Below, piece after piece: positions 1-13,742 of a stretch of 64,000 bases of DNA. The notes below the pieces were generated by a model. The model was not told the origin of the DNA. It saw only the letters and a program-made list of their open reading frames with translations, and did not search any database. The position numbers and the translations under genes are program-made. The stretch spans positions 832,001 to 896,000 of the forward strand of contig CM000152.2 in assembly GCA_000004695.1 (NCBI GenBank), written 5' to 3'. Each line of letters opens with the position of its first letter. Position 1 is the stretch's first letter. This stretch comes from Dictyostelium discoideum. Lineage: Eukaryota.

Positions 1-1102
1 ATCAACAACCACATATAAATTCAAACAATGAGGATTTTCTAATAAAATCCAGTGTAATATTATAAAAATAATTTATTTTAAAATAAAAAAAAATAAAAAA
101 AAGATGTACCATTTTAGATATTTAAAAAAAAAAAAAAAAAAAGATATTTTCTGTTTATTTTAGTTCTGTTTTTTTTTTTTTTTTTTTTTTTTCTTGAAAA
201 CCCACACCTTAATTAAAGATTATAATTTTTTTGACCAACTTGAATTAAATATCTATAAATTAATTATATATTTATTGTTAATTAATTAATTGTATATTAA
301 TTTCCCAATCAAAAAAGAAAATAAGTGAAATAAAACACCAGGGGCAAAAAAGTCTGAAATTAAAAAAAAAAAAAAAATAATAAAAATAAAAAAAAATAGA
401 AATTTGAGAAAAAAAAATGAAAAAGAGGGTTGCCAAATCGTGATGAGTTAACACTGTTGCCGAGTTCTCAAATAATATAATAAAAAAAAAAAAAAAAAAA
501 AAATAAAAAATAGTAAAATTAATAAAAGAGGAATATAAGTAAAAAAAAAAAAAATAATAAAAAATAAAAAGAAAAAAAAAAAAAATAATAATAAAAAATA
601 AACATTTAAAAATAATTTTTTTTGAAATTATTTACAAAATATCAACTGATTTCTTGAGACAGTTGTTATTTTCCATAAAAAAAAAAAAAAAAAAATAAAA
701 TAAAAAAAAAATAAAAAATAAAAAAAAAAATTAAAAAAACCCCACCCAAATGGGAATTTTTTTTTTTTTTATTTTTTTTATTTTTTTTTTTCCCCACTTG
801 GTGTATACACGTTAAAAAATAAAATAAATAAAAATAAATAAATAAATATAATTTTCATTTTTTTTCTTCTTTAAAGGTTTTTTTATTTATTGTTGTGTAT
901 AGTATGACACTAGGAAATAATAATACCTATAAATTAATAGCAAAAACAGCAAAAAACAATAGTAATAATAATAATAACCTCCAACGTGGTTACTTTTATT
1001 ATATATATATATAATTCCAATTAGATATATAAAAAGAAAAAAAAAAAAAAAAAATTCTTTTAAAAATAAATAATAAAAAAAGTCCTTTGGCTAAATTTTA
1101 AT

Positions 1103-1139
<37 letters not shown>

Positions 1140-1180
1140 AAAAAAAAAAAAAAATTAAATAAAATAAAGAGTAACACAAA

Positions 1181-2279
<1,099 letters not shown>

Positions 2280-2370
2280 GTAAGTTATTTTAGTTTTTTT
2301 TTTATTTTATTTATACTAATTTTTTTTTTTTTTTTTTTTTTTCCTCTTTTTCTTTTTTTAAAAAATATAG

Positions 2371-2607
2371 AAAATCCAGCATGTCCAAAATGCAGCATAC
2401 CAGCAACTCGTAGACATGATAAAAGACGTTGGTGGTGCAAACCTTGTTCAAAATCCTTTACTCCATTTAGAAAAGAAAAAAGATTATCAAATGACGAAAT
2501 TCTTTCAAATGTCACACCTCAATGTGGTAGATGTTTCAATCAAGCAACTCGTAAACATGATAAAAGAAGATGGTGGTGCAAATCCTGCCGAAAACCATTC
2601 ACTCCTA
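2371..2607 (+). CDS. Tandem Cys4 zinc-ribbon protein, exon 2/3 (two CPxC-x14-WWCKxC motifs)
   Basis: Acceptor ...atatag|aaaatcc. Two repeats encode CPKCSIPATRRHDKRRWWCKPCSKSFTP and CGRCFNQATRKHDKRRWWCKSCRKPFTP. The GTATGT donor is at 2608. Confidence 0.6.
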
Positions 2608-2621
2608 GTATGTATTGCAAA

Positions 2622-2669
<48 letters not shown>

Positions 2670-2742
2670 ATATTCATGTTTTTTTTCCAATTTCCATTAT
2701 TAACTTTTTTTTTTTTTTTTTTTTTTTTAATTCTATTATTAG

Positions 2743-4091
<1,349 letters not shown>

Positions 4092-4436
4092 GAAAGAAGT
4101 ATTTGTAGAAAAAAAAAAAAAAAATTAAAATAAAAATCCAAAATTAAAGAATATCTTATACAAAAATGTTTGATTTTTTTTTTTTTTTTACTCACTTTTT
4201 AATACTATATTTCCCAAAAATAATTATTAAAATATTAAATATTCATTTTTTGTATAAAAATTGAAAATAATTTTTTTTTTTTTTTTTTTTTAACAAAGAC
4301 AGGGATTGTTATTTTATTTTCACTATATAATTTATATATTCAATTTTTTTTTTATTTTGTTTTTGTTTATTTGTTTTTTTTTTATTTTTTTTTTTTTTTA
4401 TTTTTTTTTTTTTTATTTTTTTTTTTATAAATATAT

Positions 4437-5470
4437 TTATTGGTAAACTTCTGATTCTTTATTTAATACACAGAATAAAGACATAAATTTATAATTTGGA
4501 ACACCTAATTGAGAATCTAATTTAACGTCACCATTAGCACCACCACCATTTTTACTGACGATTTCAATGAGACTGTTGTAAATTACATTTTGGTAGTTAA
4601 ATTTAACGCCTTGTCTTGAGACTCTTTGATGTTTAATTGAGCCACCATCGACCACTTGAGAAATGGTGAAACAACCGGCATTGGTTGAACTGAAACGAAT
4701 TAAAAATGAGCCAATTGGTTGACCATTTAAACGTGAAGCTGCTTCAGTGGTGTCTAAATCACCATGGAACCATTTTTGAGAGAGAATCTCTCTAACAGTG
4801 TCCATAATTGAATGACCTGGAGCTGGTTCAGGTACTGGACCGAAAAACTCTAAAATCTTACCAAACTTTTCAATGTTTACAACGGTTTCAACACCAGTAC
4901 CTTCAGATTTTGGAGATTCTGCCAAAACTGCTTTCAAACATTTGATATTTAAATAGTCGATTGAAGTTTTATCACATTGATTACGAGCTGGTGCCTTTGA
5001 CCAATTGCAAAGTGCATCAATGAATGCCTCCCAAGGTACCTCTTGCTCGGTGAGGAAAGATTTCTTCCAAAAGTCTCTACCATTCAAATCAGAGATAGCG
5101 GCATCAATGATAACATGATCCAATGCACTAATGATCTCTTTGAAGGATGGACGACTAATTGGTTCTTTATCCCAACATTTTTCAATTAATCTTCTTAATG
5201 AATCCAAACAATCATTTGGAATTGGTGGTCTTTCATGTTTGACACAAACTGCCTCTCTAAATTTCTCTAATTCTCTATGATGAGAAAATGGTTCTTTTCT
5301 TGTTAATATTTCCCATAATACAATACCAAATGAATAAACATCACTTGATTCATTAAATTCTTTAAACATCATAACTTCTGGTGCCATATAAAGTGGTGTA
5401 CCTTTTGCACTTGATTGATCTTTTAACATTTTATGTTTTTGTTTTAATGCACTTAAACCAAAATCACAAA
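4437..5470 (-). CDS. SH2-domain protein kinase, exon 3/3 (DFG...APE kinase lobe plus C-terminal SH2 domain)
   Basis: Acceptor aaaaag|TT gives ICDFGLS, then ...GTPLYMAPE. The C-terminal SH2 signature is WFHGDLDTTEAASRL...GSFLIRFS. The stop is at 4437-4439. Confidence 0.8.
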
Positions 5471-5566
5471 CTTTTTTTTTTTTTATAAAAAAAAAAATAA
5501 TAAAAATTTGTTAGTATTAAAAAAATAATAAAATATAAAGTAAATAAAATAATAAAATAAACTTAC

Positions 5567-5680
5567 TTTTGACTCTCATATTTTCATCAACTAAAAGATT
5601 TGATGATTTAATATCTCTATGTACAAATACAGGGTTTGATTCATGTAACCAATTAATTCCTAATGCTGCATCTCTTGCCA
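5567..5680 (-). CDS. SH2-domain protein kinase, exon 2/3 (catalytic loop HRDIKSSNLL)
   Basis: A 114-nt exon lies between the acceptor tttag| and the donor |GTAAGT. It encodes MARDAALGINWLHESNPVFVHRDIKSSNLLVDENMRVK, and both phases match the flanking exons. Confidence 0.75.
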
Positions 5681-5761
5681 CTAAAATTTTTTTTTTTTTT
5701 TATTAATAAAAAAAATAAACATAATAATAATAATAATAAAATTATAAAAATTTTTACTTAC

Positions 5762-6182
5762 TTCTCATTCTTAAATATAATGGTAATTGAATTTTTTGAT
5801 CATGTAAAAGTGTTTCTAAATTTCCTTTTGGTACTAATTCTGTAACGATTACACATCTACCTGGAATAGTACAAGCACCCATAAATAAACAAATATTTGG
5901 ATGATAAATTTTACTCATTAAGTGTACCTCCTTTCTAAAGGCACTTAATGTTGCTGCATCGAAATTTTGTTTATGTAATAATTTAACTGCTACTGCCTTT
6001 TGTCTACATCTTCCTTTATAAACTTTACCAAAGGAACCAGTACCAATGAGTTCCTCAAAATTGATTTCTTCTGGTCTAATTTCTGGTGGTCCACTTCTTT
6101 CCTGTATTTGTATAGTTGTTGATGTATTTGTGGATATTATATTTTTTTTATTATTAATAAGATTATTAATATTTTTTAACAT
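5762..6182 (-). CDS. SH2-domain protein kinase (Shk family, dual-specificity TKL-like), exon 1/3
   Basis: ATG at 6182 on the minus strand. Kinase subdomains I-V are present (GTGSFGKVYKG, VAVK, HPNICLFMG). The GTAAGT donor follows ...LRMR in phase 1. Confidence 0.8.
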
Positions 6183-7542
6183 TTTTTTTTTTTTTTTTTT
6201 TTTTAAAAAAAATTTATATTAGTTTTTTTTTTTATTACTATTTAATTATTTTTATTATTATTGTTTTCATGATTATTTAAATAAATAAAATAAATAAAAA
6301 TAAATCTTTTATTTTTATAGTTTTTATTTTTATTTTTATTTTTTTTTTTAATTTATTTTTTTTTTATTTTTTTATTTATTTTTATTTATTTTTTTTTTTA
6401 TTTTTTTATTTTTATTCTGAAAAATAATTAAAAATATATTTGTTTAAGGTGTGTGAATGTGTGGTAATTATGATAATTGTATGATATTATTATAAACTAT
6501 TATGGGTTATGTGGAAAGAAGGCAAAATTTTGATATTGCTAATTTTACTAAATTATTACTATAAAAAAAATAAAAAAAAATTATATTTTTGGTGATAATT
6601 GTATTTTGACAATTAAAAAAAACCAAAAAAGTTTGGTTTTTTTTCTTTATTTATTTTTATTTTTATTTTTTTATTTATTTATTTTTTCCTTTTATTATAC
6701 TATAAAATATCTAAATATAAAATTGAAAAGACTATTATATATTTACCTCTGGATATGAACTACCTAATCCTGAATCCATTTTATTTTATTTTTAATATCT
6801 ATTTAATTATTTAAATAATTTTTTTTTAAAAATAAAGAAATCTAGAAAGTTTATTAAAATACAAAGTTTGGTGTTATATTATTAAATTGTGGTAATAATA
6901 CAATTTGTGTTGCGAATATTATAAAATTATGTGAAGGTTAGAAAATTGATTTTTTGAAAAAAAAAAAAAAAAATTTCAAATTGGTTTTTTGAAAAAAAAA
7001 AATTAAAAAAAAAAAAAAATTAAATAAAAAATAAAAAAAAAATAATTTGGAAAAAAAAAAAAAAAAAAAAAAATAAAAAAAAAGAAAAAGAAATAAAAGC
7101 CTACTATTTATATTTTAAAAATGGTTTTTTTTTTTTTTTTCTTTTTTTCCCTATAATAAAGATATTTAAATTTTTGATATAATAATAAAATAAAAAAAAT
7201 AAAAATAAAAAAATAATAATAAAAAAAAAATATATGGAATTTTAAAAATAAATTAAAAAATAAAAAAAAAAAAAAAAAAAAATATTTTTCATAACCACAC
7301 AAATTTTAGAACAATTAATAAAAAATATTCATGGTAGCATTTTACCATTTTAAAACCCTTTTTTTTTTTTTTTAATTATTTTTTTTTATTTTTTAATATT
7401 TGATTAAAAATGGAATAAGTTTAATCAAATTAATTTTTTTAATTTTTTTTTTATTTTTTTTTTTTTTCATTTTTATTTTTTTTTTATTTTTTTTTTTTTT
7501 TATTTTTCAGATTCATTGAATCAATAACAGAGAAAAAAAAAA

Positions 7543-7591
7543 ATGGTGAAAACTGATTCGTTAATAAATAAATATTTGTCAATTTATAATG
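7543..7591 (+). CDS. 3-hydroxyacyl-CoA dehydratase (HACD/PTPLA/Phs1 family), exon 1/3
   Basis: ATG at 7543 encodes MVKTDSLINKYLSIYN. The donor is G|GTATTT. When spliced it yields KYLSIYNVIQTIGWFY, which matches the conserved HACD N-terminal motif (YL..YN..Q..GW). Confidence 0.55.
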
Positions 7592-7685
7592 GTATTTTTA
7601 ATTTTAATTTTAATTTTATTTTATTATTATTATTATATAAAAAATTTTTTTAAAAAATAAATTAACTGATATATTTTTGGGGTAG

Positions 7686-8099
7686 TAATCCAAACGATTG
7701 GATGGTTTTATATAATTTTTTCAATGATTATTAGGGCTTTATATTTGGGATTCTCATCTTCAATACCAACTACATACATATCATTAGGATCAACAGTTTG
7801 TTTTGTACAAGTTTTAGCATTTTTAGAGATTTTACATGTTTTATTAGGTTTCACCAAATCATCATTAATACCAACAATGTCACAAGTTTTTGGAAGAAAT
7901 CATGTATTACTTTTGGCATTAGCATTTACACCAGAAGTTCAACGACATTGGGGTGTATGGACAATGTTTTTTATTTGGGGACTCAGTGAGTTAATTAGAT
8001 TCCCATACTATTTATATGGTAGTAACTCTCCGAAATTTTTAACTTGGTTACGTTATAATGCTTTTATTATTCTTTATCCTTTAGGATTCCTTTCAGAGA
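7686..8099 (+). CDS. 3-hydroxyacyl-CoA dehydratase, exon 2/3
   Basis: Acceptor ggtag|taatcc. It encodes the multi-pass membrane core (...LIRFPYYLYGSNSPKFLTWLRYNAFIILYPLGFLSE). The GTATGT donor is at 8100. Confidence 0.7.
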
Positions 8100-8121
8100 G
8101 TATGTATTTAAAAAATAATTA

Positions 8122-8172
<51 letters not shown>

Positions 8173-8228
8173 AAAAACTAATATTTTTATTTTTATTTTT
8201 TTTTTTTATTTTTATTTTTATTTTTTAG

Positions 8229-8416
8229 ATATACTATGGTATAATATGCTGCCAATAATTTTAGAAAGAAGAATTCATTTTATAGATATGCCAAATAAAT
8301 TTAATTTTGGATTTAACTATTATTATTTTTTATTAGTTTGGATAACTTTGACTTTGATGGTTTTCCCACAACAATATATGCATATGTTTAAATTAAGAGC
8401 AAAAAAGATGAATTAA
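8229..8416 (+). CDS. 3-hydroxyacyl-CoA dehydratase, exon 3/3
   Basis: Acceptor ttttttag|at. In frame it gives NILWYNMLPIILERRIHFIDMPNKFNFGFNYYYFLLVWITLTLMVFPQQYMHMFKLRAKKMN*. Confidence 0.7.
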
Positions 8417-8589
8417 TAAAATGGAAATAAATAAACAAAAGTTATTCTTTTAATATCTTTAAAATTTTTAAAACACTAGTTTATTTCTTGTGAATTTTTT
8501 GGTTTTTTGGTTCTTTTTACTATTAATTATTTTCTTTATTTGATTTACTTCTTAAAGGATATCACATTATTGGCAAAAAAGGAATTCAG

Positions 8590-9240
<651 letters not shown>

Positions 9241-9373
9241 GGAAGTATTTAAAGAAAAAAAGTAAAAAATTAAGAAAATTTATTTAAGAAATTAAAAGGG
9301 AGATTAAAAGATTTGATGGAAGAAGGAAAGGTGTAAAAAAGAAATTTGGAGATAAAAAAAGGAAAAGGAAAAG

Positions 9374-9406
<33 letters not shown>

Positions 9407-9886
9407 GAAAAGGTTAAAAAGAAAAGAAAAGAGAAAAAGAAAATAAGAAATAGAATAGGAATAAATGAAAAATAAAATTAAAAAGAAAAAAGAAGACAGT
9501 AGAGAAATGAAATAGGATAAAAAAAGAAAAGAAAGAAGAAAAAGAAGAAAATAAAGAATAGGTTTTGGAGGGGAAAAAAAAAGGGAAATGAAAAAAAAAA
9601 TTTGAGAGAAAAAAAAGAGTTGTTCAGATGATAACCAGGGATGGAGTACAGAGGGATAGAGATATTGAGAAATAAAAATAGAGTAGAGAGAGAGAGAGAG
9701 AGATAGGGAGGAATAAGGATTGGGTGGAGAAAAGTAGGAAATGATGGAAAAAGAATAAGATAAAGAGAGTATAGATAGAGGATAGGAATAGAAAATAAAG
9801 GATAGGTTAGAGGTCGAATAGAAGAAAGAGGTTGGGAAATTTTGAATAATAAAAGAAACTCCTATTCTATAAAACTTATTTATTTT

Positions 9887-9918
<32 letters not shown>

Positions 9919-11441
9919 TTATTTTTTTTTTTTTTTTTGTATTTTTTTTTTTTTTTTATTTATTTATTTGTTTTTTTTTTTTTTTATTATTCTTTTTTAT
10001 ATCTTTTTATTTCTTTCAAAAATATATATATATGAATATATATATTTTCAAAAAAAAAAAAAGAAAAGAAAGACAACAAATTTACAAAAAATAAAATAAA
10101 ATTTTACACATAAAATAAAGTATGGGGGGTTTACTAGTTTTGTTTTTAATTTCATTTAACTTTTATTTATTTATTTATTTATTTATTTTAAATCAAAAAA
10201 ATCAACATTCTTCAGGTTCATCAATCTTTAAGAAATACCCAATTCCAAAGTAGGAAATTATTCATCAAAAACGTCAACGCATCCTATCACCCGAACTCTT
10301 TGGCATTGTCCAATTTTTTTATTTTTTTATTTTTTTTTTTTATTTTTTTTTTTTAAGTTTTAATTTATACTGTTTACATTAAAATAGCTTAAACCAAAAA
10401 TAATTCAAAAAATTAAATTGTTAATTTTTATATTTTGAAATTTAATAACCAAAACCGAAATGAAAATTAAATATATATAAAAAAAAAAAAAAAATAAAAA
10501 AAAAAAGTTTTGACCCAAAGTAATTTCCTATTCCAAAAAAAAAAAAAAAAAAAAAAAAACTTGTTTTAAAATTGAGAGTTAGTAGTATCCATTTTTTAAA
10601 TTTTCTATATTATATATATATATATAATAAATTTATGAGTAAAATATATAAATATATATTAAATTATTGGCAAATATTTTATAATAAATGATTTTATATA
10701 TAAATAAATATTATTTGTATATATATATATATATATATTTATAAATTATATAATGATTATTATTAGTAGTATTATTATTATTATTATTATTAATATTATA
10801 ATTGAAATAAGTTTTTTTAAATTTTTTTCTCTTTAAATAGCTTAAAAAATTAAAAAAAAAAAAGTTAAAAAATAAATAAAATTAAAAATTAAATAAAAAT
10901 AAAATATTATTAAAATAAAAGGGGTGGGTTGATCATTATCATAAAACAGATAATAAAAATTTAATAAAAATAAAAGAAAAATGTAATTTTTTTGTCTTTA
11001 ATAATCTAAAACATTACCAGATATCAAAAATAATCCAATTCAATTAACTTTTGGATTTATAAAATAAAAATAAAAATAAAAAAATAAAAAAAATAAAATA
11101 AAAAATTAATAATAATAATTTATAATGAATAAATATAATTTTAATGTAATATGTCACTACATAATATTGAAAGTTTATTTTTAAATTATTAGGGTTAACA
11201 CACTCCTTTATATAAAAAAAAAAAAAGGTTCGGTTAAAATTTTAATTTTTTTTTTTTACTTGTAAAAATATACCATATAGAGACATTCTAGGGGTATATT
11301 AAAAATAAATCTTTTTTTTTCAATTGTTTTATTTTTTTTTTAACCAAACTTATAAAAAAAAAAAAACAAAACAAAACATTAAAAAAAAAAAAAAAACAAA
11401 ACAAAACAAAACATCAAACTTTATAACAAAACAAAAATAAA

Positions 11442-11475
<34 letters not shown>

Positions 11476-11654
11476 CCGGATAAACGTTTTTTTAATTTTT
11501 TAAATTTTAATAATTTTTTAATAAAAATTTTTTTTTTTTTTTGGGAACAAACAAATAATAGATTATAAATTTCCATTAAAAGGCGAGGATTAAAATAAAT
11601 TTTGGGAATATTAAAAAAAGGTTAAAAAAAAAGGCCTCAAAACTTTTAAAATAA

Positions 11655-11694
<40 letters not shown>

Positions 11695-13742
11695 TTTTCT
11701 TAATTAATTAATTAAAATAATTGCTCACTACTCCATTTATCATGTCAATATTTTAAAAGAAAAAAATCAAGAAAAAAAAGGATTTTTGTTGACAATTCTG
11801 AAAAAATTTTGATAACTTTAAAGTTTTTGGTTTTGTTTATTGTTTATTGTTTATTGTTTATTGTTATTTATTTTCCATATTTCTATTTTTTTTAAAAAAG
11901 TTTTTATTATTATTGTTCACATTTTTATTTAAATTATACATTTTTGGAAATTTCTTTTTTTATACTTTTTGCTACTATGATGACAATAATTAATTATTTA
12001 TGTGGTGGATTATGAGGTTTATGTGATTCTCTTTTTATGTTTTTTTCATTAAAAAATATATATCATTTAATCTGGTGCATATTCTTTAAATTTTAAAGGG
12101 ACAATATTTTTGAAAAAAAAAAAAAAAATTAAAAAATAATATTAAAATAAAAATAAAAAATAAAAATAATTAAAAAAGAAATAAAAAAATAAAATTAAAT
12201 AAAATAATTAATTAAAAATTTTATTTAGAGTAGAATGATAATTACAATTATCATATTTTTAAATTATTAAATGGGGGTTCTATTTTTATTTATTTATTAT
12301 TTTTTTTTTTATTAATATAATATTTATTATTGTCAACAATAAGTTTTTTTTTTTTTTTTTATTCTTTTTTTTTTTTGATCAATTTTCTTAGTATCTTTAT
12401 TGGGAAGATATGTATTTTTTAATTAAATTTTTTTTAACATCCTAATCAAATAATTTCATTAATTGGCTTTTTTTCAATATTACATAATTAACAAGAATTG
12501 ATACACATGAAATCATTTGTTTATAATTTTTTTTTATTTTTATTTTATTTTTTTTTTTTAATAAAATTATTTGAAACCCCCAATCAAATATAGTTTTCAT
12601 AGTTTAAAAAAAAAAAAACAAACAAAATTGTTTTAAATTTTAAAATACACTTGCTTTTAACACAAAGTTTGAAAGGACGTAAATTTGTCGGAATTATTTT
12701 CAAAGAGAGAGATTAACAATAGTTTAAATTATAATCCCAATCTAGCATGTTTGCGTGTTGATTTTTTGTTTTTATATTTTGTGTGTGTTTATTTTAAAAT
12801 TTTAAACCATTAATTTATTTTTTGTATAAAATAGTGTTTTTGTGTTTAGTGTGTCTTTGTGGTTTTGGGGTTATTTTTTAAAAAAAAATGATAAAAAAGT
12901 AATATGTTACATCGGTCAAAAATAACAATAATCATTTTTTAAATGTAATCTATTAAGTTTTTTAATTTTTTAATTTTTTATTTTATTTTATTTTAGAAAA
13001 AAAAAAAATAAAAAAAAAAAATAAAAAGAAAATGAAAGAAGGAAATTGAAATAGGGGTAATATATACAGATATATAATTTTAAAATAAAAAAAAAAAAAA
13101 AAGACAATAAATTAAAACAAAAAATAATAAAATAATAAAAATAATAATAATAATGAAAAATGATAATAGATTAGCTGATAATAACAACAATAATAATAAA
13201 AATAATAAAAATAATAATATTAAAATAAAAATAATATAAACACAAATACCACACTTCAATAACACCTACCCCTTTATATATTAATATAATTATATAATTT
13301 AATTTAAATAATATAAAATAAACATTTTAATAATAATAATAAAAATAATAATAATTAAATATTATAAAAAATAAAAAATTAATTAAAAAAAAATAAAAAA
13401 ATTTTAGTATAAATTAAAATTGAAAAAAAATTTTTTAAATCATTCAATCAAACAAACAAAAAACAACAATTTAAAAAAACAATAATTTATAGTAAAGTAA
13501 AAACAATTAAAGAATCACTAATTGTTTTTTTCTCCTCCTCACTATAAATTCCAATATTTTTTTTTAAATTAATTTCCAGCTTTTCTGTTTTTTTACACAA
13601 TCACAACCAACCCTATATCATTACTACCAACCCTATACCATTACAATCTTATTTATTAAATAATTATTATTTGTTGTATTATTTTAGTGTATATTTGTTG
13701 ATTTAATATTTATTAGCAAGTAACAAACAAAAAAAAAAAATA

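Noticed and set aside
400-470. A GC-richer patch (gggttgccaaatcgtgatgagttaacactgttgccgagttctc) examined as a possible tRNA or snRNA
   Set aside because: It has no cloverleaf, no A/B box or T-loop (GTTCGA/GGTTC) consensus, and no Sm-site context.
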